DNA of 64,000 nucleotides, taken from Vicinamibacterales bacterium (GTDB taxonomy: Bacteria > Acidobacteriota > Vicinamibacteria > Vicinamibacterales > CAVVIG01). Below the pieces are notes generated by a model. The model was not told where the DNA came from and ran no database searches. It was given only the letters and a program-made list of their open reading frames with translations. Positions 1-8,836 of this stretch are shown one piece after another; position 1 is the first letter of the stretch, and each line of letters opens with the position of its first letter. The translations under genes and the position numbers were made by a program. The stretch spans positions 4,606-68,605 of the forward strand of contig DASYQZ010000097.1 of the NCBI GenBank assembly GCA_036004865.1, written 5' to 3'.

Positions 1-1
1 C

Positions 2-394
2 ACCGGTCAGGCCAACCATCTCGGCGTGACGATCGAGGCCGACATCATCAAGCAGAAGCTGCCCGAGAACAACGGCGGCTTCAACGCGCTCAAATTCGGC
101 AAGACGCACAAGAAGGTCTACTCCGACCTCACGACGGACCACCCGATCGACTTGACGCGGTATCAGGTGGCGAATTGCTACATGGGTCGTGCTGGCTTGA
201 TCAACTCCGGCGGAGCGTCATCGGGTGAAAGCGACCTGAAGGAAGCCGTGAAGACGGCGGTCATCAACAAGCGCGCAGGGGGCATGGGTCTGATTTCCGG
301 CCGAAAAGCCTTTCAGCGTCCGGTGAACGAAGGCGTGCGTCTGTTGAATGCGATTCAGGACGTGTATCTCAACCCCGACATCACGATTGCCTGA
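2..394 (+). CDS. fbaB: class I fructose-bisphosphate aldolase (FbaB/DhnA type), C-terminal fragment; the 5' end lies outside the window
   Basis: The frame is open from the window edge. The tail ..[35 protein letters not shown] resembles the E. coli FbaB C-terminus as I recall it. Stop at 392-394. Confidence 0.7.
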   Translation, partial: TGQANHLGVTIEADIIKQKLPENNGGFNALKFGKTHKKVYSDLTTDHPIDLTRYQVANCYMGRAGLINSGGASSGESDLKEAVKTAVINKRAGGMGLISGRKAFQRPVNEGVRLLNAIQDVYLNPDITIA

Positions 395-400
395 GCCGCG

Positions 401-1855
401 GTGAATACGTTCGGGACCGTAACGGCCGTGCTCGACGCCGTCAAACCGGCGGCGACCGTGTTGAGCGATCGTGTGCGCGTGACGAGTCCGGGTGCGGTCA
501 CCGGCGAGATGGTCGATCGGCTCGTCTGGACGTCGGTGTTCGGCCAGGACGCGGAGCTGCGCGGCACCTCTCGTTGGATTGTCCGCAGCCTGGCGGCGAC
601 GGCCGGCATCCGGCCCGCCTCCATTCAGGATTTGTACGCGGCGATGGGACGCGGCGAGGCCGGAGGCTTCACCGTCCCCGCCATCAACATCCGCGCGATG
701 GCGTACGACACCGCGCGCGCGGTGGTGCGCGCCGCAAACGCGCTGAACGCCCGTGCGCTGATTTTCGAAATCTCGCGCGGGGAGATGGGCTACACGGAAC
801 AGCGGCCGCACGAATACGCCGCGTCTGTGCTCGGCGCCGCGCTGCGCGAGGGATTCACCGGGCCGGTCTTCATTCAAGGCGATCACGTCCAGACCAACGC
901 GAAGAAATACCACAGCGCCGACAAGGACAAAGAGCTCGACGCGCTCCGCGCCCTCATCAGGGAAGAGCTCGCCGCGGGCTTCTACAACATCGACATCGAC
1001 GCCTCGACGCTCGTGGATCTCGAGAAGGCGACGCTCGACGAGCAGCAGGCGCTGAACACTTCGCTGGCGGCCGACTTCACCGCGTTCATCCGCCAGCATG
1101 AACCCGGCGGGATGACCGTGTCGGTCGGCGGCGAGATTGGCGAGGTCGGCGGCAAGAATTCCGACGTCCACGAACTGCGCGCCTTCATGAAAGGCTACAT
1201 CGCCGCGCTGAATGCGCGCGGCGCGGGCCTCCCCGGCATCAGCAAGATCAGCGTGCAGACGGGGACGGCGCACGGCGGGTTCGTCAACGCCGACGGCTCG
1301 GTGCGGACCGACGTGAAGATCGATCTGAAGACGCTCGAGGAGCTCTCGCGTGTCGCCCGGCAGGAGTACGGGCTCGCCGGCGCGGTGCAGCACGGCGCCT
1401 CGACGCTGCCGCCCGACGCGTTCGACGCGTTCCCGCGCGCCGGCGCCTGCGAGATCCACCTCGCCACCGACTTCCAGAACATCATTTACGAGCACGCGCG
1501 GTATCCGGCGGACCTGAAGTCCGAGATGTATGCCTGGCTGCGTGAACACGCCGCCGAAGAGCGTAAGCCGAACGACACCGAGGAGCAGTTCATCTACAAA
1601 ACGCGCAAGAAGGCGCTCGGTCCCTTCAAGAGCCGCATATGGGCCCTCGGAGACGAGGCGCGCCGGGCGATCGGCCAGTCGCTCGAGGAGCGCTTCTCGT
1701 TTCTGATGAAGCAGCTCAAGATCACCGACACCGCAGGCGTCGTGGCGAAGTACGTGAAGGCGCCGCAAATCCCGATCGATCGCGAAGCGGAGATCGTCGC
1801 CGCGGGCGGGACGATCACCCAGGCGGAGAAGGAAGCCAAAGGGCTGGCTGATTAG
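401..1855 (+). CDS. class II fructose/ketose-bisphosphate aldolase family protein (long form, 484 aa)
   Basis: GTG start 6 nt after the fbaB stop. Motifs FTVPAINI, IFEISRGE, IQGDHVQ and VQHGAST are typical of the class II aldolase fold. Confidence 0.65.
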   Translation: MNTFGTVTAVLDAVKPAATVLSDRVRVTSPGAVTGEMVDRLVWTSVFGQDAELRGTSRWIVRSLAATAGIRPASIQDLYAAMGRGEAGGFTVPAINIRAMAYDTARAVVRAANALNARALIFEISRGEMGYTEQRPHEYAASVLGAALREGFTGPVFIQGDHVQTNAKKYHSADKDKELDALRALIREELAAGFYNIDIDASTLVDLEKATLDEQQALNTSLAADFTAFIRQHEPGGMTVSVGGEIGEVGGKNSDVHELRAFMKGYIAALNARGAGLPGISKISVQTGTAHGGFVNADGSVRTDVKIDLKTLEELSRVARQEYGLAGAVQHGASTLPPDAFDAFPRAGACEIHLATDFQNIIYEHARYPADLKSEMYAWLREHAAEERKPNDTEEQFIYKTRKKALGPFKSRIWALGDEARRAIGQSLEERFSFLMKQLKITDTAGVVAKYVKAPQIPIDREAEIVAAGGTITQAEKEAKGLAD

Positions 1856-1856
1856 C

Positions 1857-2705
1857 GTGCACGGCAAAAACTGGGTTTCGTGGTGTCGTGTTTTCGTGGT
1901 TGCATTTGGTTTGAGCAGCAGCGGGGCGTGTGCTCATCACTACACGACCACTGGCCTGGTCCTGAAAGTCGATCCCCCCGCCTCGACGGTCACCATTTCC
2001 CACGACGCCTTCCCCGGATTCATGCACGCGATGGTCATGCCCTTCGACGTGAAGGGCGGCGCGCGTCACGAGAAGCTGACCGCCGGCGACCGCGTCCGCT
2101 TCCGGCTGTCGGTGAAGGGAACGCGATCGTGGGTCGATCGCGTCGAGGTGATTTCCGCTGCGCCGGTCGACGCCGGGCTGCAGCAGACGCCCGCGATTCC
2201 GGTGCTCGTGCCGGTGGGATCGCCACTGCCCGATTTCGAGCTGACGGATCAGGCGAACCGCCGGATCGCGCTCTCCGCGCTGAAAGGCAAAGTCGTCGCC
2301 ATCACGTTCATCTACACGCGCTGCCCGCTCCCCGACTACTGCCCGCGCATGGTCGCCAATTTCCGCCAGATCCGCGATCGATTTGCCGCGCGCATGGACA
2401 CCGACCTCGTGCTGCTGACCATCAGCTTCGATCCGAAGTTCGACACGCCCGACACGCTCGCGAGCTATGCGAGGTCGGAGCGCGCCGGCGGGCCCGGCTG
2501 GCATTTTCTGACCGGCGACGCCGCGAATGTCGAGCGCGTCTGCAACGCCTTCGGGATTCAGTACTGGCCGGAAGAAGGGATGATCACGCACTCGCTGCAG
2601 ACGGCCGTCATCGATCGCGACGGCCGGCTGGCAGCGACGGTAGAAGGGAAAGAGTTCTCGCCGAGGCAGCTCGGGGATCTCGTGGAGGCCGTGCTCGAAA
2701 AATAG
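1857..2705 (+). CDS. SCO1/SenC-family copper chaperone fused to an N-terminal CusF-like copper-binding domain
   Basis: The CusF-like segment is GLVLKVD..VTISHDAFPGFMHAMVMPFDV..LTAGDRVRF. The SCO thioredoxin-fold segment is KVVAITFIYTRCPLPDYCPRM ... ITHSLQTAVIDRDG. Start is uncertain: GTG 1857 or TTG 1911. Codons 8-17 are encoded by a dispersed repeat. Confidence 0.78.
   Translation: MHGKNWVSWCRVFVVAFGLSSSGACAHHYTTTGLVLKVDPPASTVTISHDAFPGFMHAMVMPFDVKGGARHEKLTAGDRVRFRLSVKGTRSWVDRVEVISAAPVDAGLQQTPAIPVLVPVGSPLPDFELTDQANRRIALSALKGKVVAITFIYTRCPLPDYCPRMVANFRQIRDRFAARMDTDLVLLTISFDPKFDTPDTLASYARSERAGGPGWHFLTGDAANVERVCNAFGIQYWPEEGMITHSLQTAVIDRDGRLAATVEGKEFSPRQLGDLVEAVLEK
1876..1906 (+). repeat. dispersed octamer repeat family F3, copy 1: (TTTCGTGN)3-GTTGCATT
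   Basis: tttcgtggtgtcgtgttttcgtggttgcatt; matches the copies at 15724-15754 and 18081-18103. Confidence 0.85.
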
Positions 2706-2723
2706 CCACCGTGGTGGAGAGGT

Positions 2724-4595
2724 TCACTGTCCGGCCGTTGACGTTCTCAGCCGCTGCACCTGCGGCAAATCGGCATCCGCGTTCGCCCACGCTTTCGCGG
2801 CGCGAGTGCGCGCGTCGCGCGCGTCCGCCGCTTTGCCGAGACCGTCGAGCGCCGCGCTGAGACCGAAGTAGGCGCGGCCGCTGCCCGGCTCGCGGCCGAG
2901 TGTTTCGCGATACGCCGCCTCCGCCGTCGCGAAGTCGCCGAGCGCGAGCGCCACGTTCGCCAGCCCTTCCGCGACCGGACGCGGATAGGACGGCGGCTCG
3001 GTGTACAGCATCGCCGCTTCGCGATCGGCGGCCTTCCGGAACAGCTCGTAACCTTTCTTCCGATCGCCGCCGCGTGCCGCGATTGCCGCTTCGAGCTCCT
3101 GCGCGCCGATGCTGATCGGTTCCTTCGTCGACGTCGCACCCTCGAGATCCTTCTGCATGTCGGCGAGCGTCGACGTCGCTTTCTCCATCTGACCGGTCGC
3201 GGCGTACGCCAGGCCGATCGCCCAGTGGCGCCACGCGTTCTGCTCCGGCTTGTCATACGTGGGAATCGTCCTGCCGTCGAGGATGTCGTTCCACTTCTCG
3301 AAGCGGACGAGCGTCTTGATCAGACCGAAGTAGCCCTGCCGCCAGGGTCCGGTCTGCGCGTTGCCGCCGCGCTCCCGCGGGTTCTCCTTGAACGTGAGCA
3401 GATGCTGCGCGCGCGTCATCGAGTCCTGATACCGCCCGCCGAGATTCAGCGAGTGAATCAGGAAGTGAACGTTGTGGCCGTGATGCCCGGTCGGATACAG
3501 CGTGTCGGCGTTGATCCAGGTCAGCTCGTTGTCGGCCGCGGCGGTGAACGACGCGATCGCTTCCTGAATCTTGTCGCTCTGCGCGTAGATGTGACCCGGC
3601 ATGTGCAGCGCGTGCGGGATGTTTGGAACGAGCTGGGCATACCGCTCGCACGCGCGCCACGCGGTGTCCGGCATCTTGCTGCCTTCGTACGCGTGAATCA
3701 GATAGTGGTGCGCGCCGAAATGCGCATCGTCTTTCTTGACCACGTCTTCGAGCAGCGCGATCGCTTCCATCGTGTGCGCGCGCGGATCTTTGCTGACCGA
3801 CTCGAACCCGTTGTCGAGCGCGAGGCCGAGCATCGACTTCGCGTCGAGGTCGTCCGGATACGCTGCGACGAGCTTGCGCAGCCCCGCGATGTACGCGGCG
3901 TCCGCATCTTCTCTGCTTCCAGGGTTGCCGGCCGCGCGCCGAGCCGCCTGTGCTTCGATGTACAGCCGCTCGCGATCGGTGACCTTGTCGCGCAGCGCCA
4001 TCGCCTTGGCGATCGCTTCGCGCGCGCGAATCTGCGGGTTGACCGCCGCGCCGTTCGTCGTTCGCACCACGGCGTCGCCCGAGGCCTCGGGCGCCGCGCC
4101 CGTTCCGCGGCCGGCGCCGGCGTTCGCCGCGTTGCGCATCAACTGGAACGCGGGGCGATAGTCGCCCGCCGCGCTGAGGGCGATGCACCAGTGCGCCATC
4201 GCCATGTCCGGATCGAGCTGCGCCGCCTGCGCGCACGAGCGCTCCGACTCCATGAACCAGAACGAATGAATTTGTGAAAGGCCCTGCAGGAAAAACTCCC
4301 GCGCCTCTTCGGATTTCGTCGTGACCGCGAAACGGGTCGACGTGCCCATCCCGGGCAGGAGCTTCGCCGGCAGCAGCGGCTGCGAGCCGGCGGGCACGAC
4401 GCACATGTCGGGTTCGCGGCGCGCCTGCGTCTGCTTGCCCGCCGCGATCACGTCCGACGACAACGTGGCAGACAAGAGAAGCGCCGCGACGCTGAAGCGG
4501 ATAGCCGTCGGTAACCAACGCCGCGAGCCGAAGGCGAGCGGTGGAAGGCGCTGGCGGCGGGGCCCCAGCGCAAAGTAAATGATGCTGCGTGTCAT
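2724..4595 (-). CDS. secreted tetratricopeptide-repeat protein
   Basis: 623-aa ORF with an N-terminal hydrophobic signal (SVAALLLSATLSS). TPR-like A/L/Y-rich helical repeats occur through the C-terminal half (..AEAAYRETLGREPGSGRAYFGLSAAL..). Confidence 0.6.
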   Translation of the reverse strand: MTRSIIYFALGPRRQRLPPLAFGSRRWLPTAIRFSVAALLLSATLSSDVIAAGKQTQARREPDMCVVPAGSQPLLPAKLLPGMGTSTRFAVTTKSEEAREFFLQGLSQIHSFWFMESERSCAQAAQLDPDMAMAHWCIALSAAGDYRPAFQLMRNAANAGAGRGTGAAPEASGDAVVRTTNGAAVNPQIRAREAIAKAMALRDKVTDRERLYIEAQAARRAAGNPGSREDADAAYIAGLRKLVAAYPDDLDAKSMLGLALDNGFESVSKDPRAHTMEAIALLEDVVKKDDAHFGAHHYLIHAYEGSKMPDTAWRACERYAQLVPNIPHALHMPGHIYAQSDKIQEAIASFTAAADNELTWINADTLYPTGHHGHNVHFLIHSLNLGGRYQDSMTRAQHLLTFKENPRERGGNAQTGPWRQGYFGLIKTLVRFEKWNDILDGRTIPTYDKPEQNAWRHWAIGLAYAATGQMEKATSTLADMQKDLEGATSTKEPISIGAQELEAAIAARGGDRKKGYELFRKAADREAAMLYTEPPSYPRPVAEGLANVALALGDFATAEAAYRETLGREPGSGRAYFGLSAALDGLGKAADARDARTRAAKAWANADADLPQVQRLRTSTAGQ

Positions 4596-4613
4596 AGCGC
4601 AATCATCTTAGAC

Positions 4614-4660
4614 AAAAAAAGGGCCGGAAGCTCAAGTGCTTTCACCTGAGCCGCCGGCCC
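4614..4660 (-). terminator. rho-independent terminator downstream of the lipoprotein gene
   Basis: On the minus strand, GGGCCGG (4660-4654) pairs with CCGGCCC (4627-4621) and is followed by T7 (4620-4614). A second 8-bp hairpin, GGCGGCCC/GGGCCGCC, lies at 4673-4693. Confidence 0.7.
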
Positions 4661-4709
4661 TCGCTGTTGTCAGGCGGCCCGTTGAGGGCCGCCATCATTG
4701 AGCGTTTGC

Positions 4710-5774
4710 TTACTCAATCCACGCGAAGGATCCGCGATCCCAGCGTCCACCGCCGCGGCTCCACGGAATCATGACGATGCGGGTGCGCTCGTGGACCGGC
4801 GCGTTGTTGTCCGCACGCGTCGAGCCGGCCGTGACCATGAAGCCGACCATCTCGCCGTCCTGCGGCTGGTAACCGTTGAACGGAGCCCAGTAGTTGTTGT
4901 AGAACCACCCGTTCGCGATTTCCATCGGGCTGCCGAGTCCCTTGTCGGTCTGGCAGGGACGCAGCCGCTCGCCGCCGGTGCCGTACCACTGACCGTTAAT
5001 CTTCTCGAAGATCCAGATCGTCGCTTCCTGCAGCGCCCCGCCCATGTCGACGCCGGGCCACCCGCAGCGCTTCGTGTGATCGATGTGGAAGTAGCCGCCG
5101 GTCATCGACAGATCGGTGATCTCCGAGGTCACCGCCCAGCCCCGCACGTCGGGGCTGCCGCCGACGATTCGCACGTTGTTCAGATTGAATCCGCCTGGAG
5201 CGGACGGCGGCGCGGGAGCCGGAGCGGGCTCCGGTTCCGGTTCAGGAGCCGGCGGCGGCGGCGGCGCCTGCGGCTGAGGCCGGCGCAGCGTCTCGTTGCC
5301 GCGAACCGGTCCGAGGCAGGTCGTGCCCGTGTACGACAGCGGCAGCGTGTAGCCGTTGTCTTCGACGGTGCCGTTCGCGGTCAGCTCGAAGTGGCAGCTC
5401 GGAGTGTTCGGAAGTCCGGTCGCATTGCCGCTGACGTTGATCGTCACGGCGTTGCCGTTGAGCGAACCGGTGCCGGAGGCGGACAGTTGCACACCACCGC
5501 CGCAGGTCGCCGTGAACGAGCCGGCGATCGCGGTCGCCGTCTGATTGGTCACCTGGAACTGGAAGTTGGTGCACGTGCCGGGGTCGGGCACGCTCGTCGG
5601 CGCGGCGCCGTTGCCCGACGACCACACACCCGTCATCGTCGGGGCGCTGGGCGTTGTCGATGTGTTCGTGGTCGGCGCGGTCGGCGCGATCACGCTGGTG
5701 GAATGTTCAAACCCGCACGCCGCCGTCAGCGCCGCCGCCACGAGTACGGCCGAGATGCTGGATACCTTGGTCAT
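4710..5774 (-). CDS. lipoprotein of unknown function (two domains joined by a Pro-rich linker)
   Basis: Signal peptide plus lipobox MTKVSSISAVLVAAALTAAC. Linker PQPQAPPPPPAPEPEPEPAPAPAPP. I do not recognise the Trp/Gly-rich C-terminal domain. Confidence 0.6.
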   Translation of the reverse strand: MTKVSSISAVLVAAALTAACGFEHSTSVIAPTAPTTNTSTTPSAPTMTGVWSSGNGAAPTSVPDPGTCTNFQFQVTNQTATAIAGSFTATCGGGVQLSASGTGSLNGNAVTINVSGNATGLPNTPSCHFELTANGTVEDNGYTLPLSYTGTTCLGPVRGNETLRRPQPQAPPPPPAPEPEPEPAPAPAPPSAPGGFNLNNVRIVGGSPDVRGWAVTSEITDLSMTGGYFHIDHTKRCGWPGVDMGGALQEATIWIFEKINGQWYGTGGERLRPCQTDKGLGSPMEIANGWFYNNYWAPFNGYQPQDGEMVGFMVTAGSTRADNNAPVHERTRIVMIPWSRGGGRWDRGSFAWIE

Positions 5775-5953
5775 TACAAACCTGTGTTGGTGCGTACAAC
5801 CCTGTACGCCCGGGAAACCGCAACGCCCATTTTTCCGAGTGAAAGTGAGAACCGCGCCGACGCTAGTGCAGATTGCCGGCCAGCCTGTCGCCTGAGTTCC
5901 TTATCGGCGCACGAATGCAGGTGCAGCAGCGTGCAGGAAGATACCGATCAGCT

Positions 5954-6499
5954 TCAATTGTGAACGGGATGACGAAAACCGTTCAGGTAATCGCGGAGAC
6001 CTTCCTGCGTGCTGCGGAATGCCAGATCGTCCCAGGGAATCGCGTCGCGGCTGAACACAGCCGTTTCCAGACACTCCTCGTCGATGCAGAGCTCGCCGCC
6101 GATGGGCGTCGCGGCATAGACGACGATGATCGGCGCGCGACCGGCGTAGGAGTAGATGTTGACGAGCGCGTCGAGCCGCACGTCGAGCCCGCATTCTTCG
6201 CGCGCCTCGCGTACCGCGGCGGCGGTCAGCGCCTCGCCGCGATCGACGTAGCCGCCGGGAAACACCCACTTGCCGTAGCCGGGATCGATCGCGCGTCGGA
6301 CGAGCACGAGGCCGCCGGCGTCCGTTTCGATGATCGTCCCCACGGCGATCTTCGGGTCCAGATAGAACACGAATCCGCACGCGGTGCAGACCGGACGCGC
6401 CGGTTCGCCGGCTTTCAGAACGCGCCGCTCGAGCGTCCCGCCGCACCGCGGACAGAACCGGTACGCATGCGAGTCGTCGTGGTGATGGAGATCATTCAT
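5954..6499 (-). CDS. NUDIX hydrolase with an N-terminal zinc ribbon
   Basis: Nudix box GGYVDRGEALTAAAVREAREECGL. Zinc ribbon CPRCGG..CTACG. The start is trimmed to ATG 6499 (MNDLHHH) because the upstream ORF extension runs through a heptamer array. Confidence 0.85.
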   Translation of the reverse strand: MNDLHHHDDSHAYRFCPRCGGTLERRVLKAGEPARPVCTACGFVFYLDPKIAVGTIIETDAGGLVLVRRAIDPGYGKWVFPGGYVDRGEALTAAAVREAREECGLDVRLDALVNIYSYAGRAPIIVVYAATPIGGELCIDEECLETAVFSRDAIPWDDLAFRSTQEGLRDYLNGFRHPVHN

Positions 6500-6501
6500 G
6501 A

Positions 6502-6657
6502 GATTGCAGATTGCAAATTGCAGAATGCAGATTGATTGCAGATTGCTGATTGGATTGTGCGGCTGTGCCGGACAGTCCGCAATTCGAAAATGCAATCTGC
6601 AAATCCCAATCTGCAATCAATCTGCAATCTGCAATTTGAAATCTGCAATGTACAATT
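6502..6657. repeat. palindromic tandem-heptamer array: (GATTGCA)n, a spacer, then (TGCAATC)n
   Basis: Left arm 6502-6557, right arm 6591-6657. The outer roughly 46 nt of the arms are reverse complements with 3 mismatches. The central spacer is itself a small hairpin. Confidence 0.9.
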
Positions 6658-6664
6658 CACGCTT

Positions 6665-7195
6665 ATGTCTATTCTGAAAGTCGCGCGCATGGGGCATCCG
6701 GTGCTGCGCGCGAAAGCGCGGGCGCTCGACAAGGGCGAGATCGGGAGCGCCGCGATTCAGAGGCTCATCGACGACATGATCGAGACGATGATCGAGTATC
6801 ACGGCGTCGGCCTCGCCGCGCCGCAGGTGCACGAGGCGGTGCGTCTCTTCGTCGCCGCGCTCGACGCGCCCCCCGAGGAAGGCGGCAAGGAGCCCGAACC
6901 GGTCGTGATCATCAATCCTGAGATTGTGCCCGTCGGCAGCGACACCGTCGAGGACTGGGAGGGGTGCCTGAGCATCCCGGAGATCCGCGGCCGCGTCCCG
7001 CGTGCGCGCGAGATCCGCGTGCGCGCCTTCGACCGGAAAGGCGATCGCGTCGAGCTGCGCGCGCACGATTTTCCGGCGCGCGTCATTCAGCACGAAACCG
7101 ATCATCTCGACGGCGTGCTGTTCCTCGATCGGATGCGATCGTTCGAGACGCTGGCCTTCCTCGACGAGTATTCGCGGTACTGGACTAAAGACTGA
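6665..7195 (+). CDS. def: peptide deformylase
   Basis: Motifs GVGLAAPQV, EGCLSIP and QHETDHLDG. Start trimmed to ATG 6665 (MSILKVARMGHPVL). Confidence 0.92.
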   Translation: MSILKVARMGHPVLRAKARALDKGEIGSAAIQRLIDDMIETMIEYHGVGLAAPQVHEAVRLFVAALDAPPEEGGKEPEPVVIINPEIVPVGSDTVEDWEGCLSIPEIRGRVPRAREIRVRAFDRKGDRVELRAHDFPARVIQHETDHLDGVLFLDRMRSFETLAFLDEYSRYWTKD

Positions 7196-8828
7196 GCCGC
7201 TTTTTCTCGAGCTGACGTTCGGACTGAAGCCGTTCGAGCTCGACTTCGGAGTGATCCGCGAACTGCATCGCCGCGGCGATGGCGCGGTGGCCGGCGTCGT
7301 CTGCGATGGCGCGGTGCATCAACTGGCAGATGCGCCGGTACGAGGGGTGCCCCTGGGGCCCGGTGCGCAGCTCGATGAGGTGCATCGCTTCGCGCGCGTT
7401 CATGTCCATGTAGAACCGCACGCGGTAGGCCATGACGACGGCGTACGGCGCGACGTCGCGCAGTTCGTGCGCGCGGAGCTGTTCGTAGAGCTCCGCGGAT
7501 CGATCCGTCACGCGCCGCCAATCGGCCAGCGCGCCGGCTTCCTCGATCGCCGCCGGCTCGGTGTAGCCGTGGCGCGTGCTGAGCGGCTGCCAGTCGAGCG
7601 TCAGCAGGCGATGGCGCTGCAGATCGCGGAAGGCGCCGTAGTCGGCGAGCACGTCGAAGCGATAGCTGGTGCGCTCGAACGCGCGGCCCGGCTTGTGGCG
7701 GCGGTTCCCGCGGCGCCCGACGTACGCCCGCAGCAGAGCGACGCGATCGTCGGCCGAGAGGCGGCGCGCCGCTTCCAACAACTGATCGTCCGGCAACGCC
7801 GACACCGGGTAGAGCGCGGCGGCCACGACCTTGAGCTCGCCGTCGGGATCGAAACCGGTCAGTGTGACCTCGTCGCGCGGGTCAGGCGCGAGGTCCTCGA
7901 CGAACGGATGCGCCACGGCGGCGAAATTGCGACGCGTCTCGGCGAGGTAGTCAATCCACCGGCCGCCGCGGTCCGGCTGATCGATCCGGGCGAGGAACGC
8001 AGGAATCACCTGACGGAGCTCGGTCAGGATCTGTTGGGCGCAGTCGCGCGCTTCCAGCAGCGGATGCGCGAACATCCGCAGCAGCAGCGCCTCGAACGCC
8101 TGACCGGTGCCGAAGAGGCCGACGTTCGATTGCGTCGCCGCCGGCAGCAGTCCGCGCAGCGTGTCGAGCGCTTTGGCGCGAATCACCGATTTGTAGACGG
8201 CGTCCGAATCAGCGGGCGACTTCGGATACTTCGCGCGGAAGTGCGATTCCATCGCCGGGATCCAGCGCGCATAGGTGTCGAACGCCTCGTCGAGCGTGCG
8301 GACGAACGCCTCGCGAAGGGGCGATCGAATGAGCTCGGCGGGGACGTGATATTTCCAGCGGCCGTCAGGCCGGTCGGTGTACGGCACGTAGCGCGTGGAC
8401 TGCTCGAGATACGCCATCAGGCGGCCCCATTCGAGCACTTTCGTCAGCACGTTCGAGACGCCTTCGCACGCGACGTGCGCGCCGCCGAGCTGCGCGACCG
8501 AGTCGTCTCCGTATTCGCTCAGGACGCGCGCGTAGAGTTTGTCGGCGCGCGCGGTGCCGACCGTGCTGGTGTGAGGCGAGGGGCCCGCGTTCGTCAACGC
8601 GGCTCCGTGCGCGAGATCTCCGACGAATTCGTCGAGGAAGAGGCGGCGGACCGATTTCGCGGATCGCGAGTAGCGCGCGAACAGCGCGCCCTTCACCGTC
8701 TCCGGCAAATTGGTCAGCGCGAAGACCGGGCGGTCCGTGTTGGTGAAGTACGGCGCGAGCGCGCGTGTCTCGTCCGGCGTGAACGTTTCGGCGGCCACAG
8801 TGGCCGCGTATTGTACCGCGGTCCACAC
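7185..8828 (-). CDS. double-length ThyX-like (FAD-dependent thymidylate synthase family) protein
   Basis: 547 aa. Contains N-terminal ALFARYSRS and C-terminal FRDLQRHRLLT segments that resemble ThyX motifs. The assignment is by motif recall only. Confidence 0.55.
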   Translation of the reverse strand: MWTAVQYAATVAAETFTPDETRALAPYFTNTDRPVFALTNLPETVKGALFARYSRSAKSVRRLFLDEFVGDLAHGAALTNAGPSPHTSTVGTARADKLYARVLSEYGDDSVAQLGGAHVACEGVSNVLTKVLEWGRLMAYLEQSTRYVPYTDRPDGRWKYHVPAELIRSPLREAFVRTLDEAFDTYARWIPAMESHFRAKYPKSPADSDAVYKSVIRAKALDTLRGLLPAATQSNVGLFGTGQAFEALLLRMFAHPLLEARDCAQQILTELRQVIPAFLARIDQPDRGGRWIDYLAETRRNFAAVAHPFVEDLAPDPRDEVTLTGFDPDGELKVVAAALYPVSALPDDQLLEAARRLSADDRVALLRAYVGRRGNRRHKPGRAFERTSYRFDVLADYGAFRDLQRHRLLTLDWQPLSTRHGYTEPAAIEEAGALADWRRVTDRSAELYEQLRAHELRDVAPYAVVMAYRVRFYMDMNAREAMHLIELRTGPQGHPSYRRICQLMHRAIADDAGHRAIAAAMQFADHSEVELERLQSERQLEKKRLSL

Positions 8829-8836
8829 GACGAAGA

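Noticed and set aside
218-1867. 549-aa minus-strand ORF covering the aldolase genes
   Set aside because: It is antisense to a well-supported CDS. Its composition is Arg/Ala/Gly/Pro-rich and it has no recognisable motif. This is the typical long shadow ORF of a high-GC genome.
6502-6657. Possible CRISPR array (also considered for 53913-54056)
   Set aside because: The units are only 7-8 nt, contiguous and without spacers, and the two halves are inverted. There are no cas genes. Not a CRISPR.
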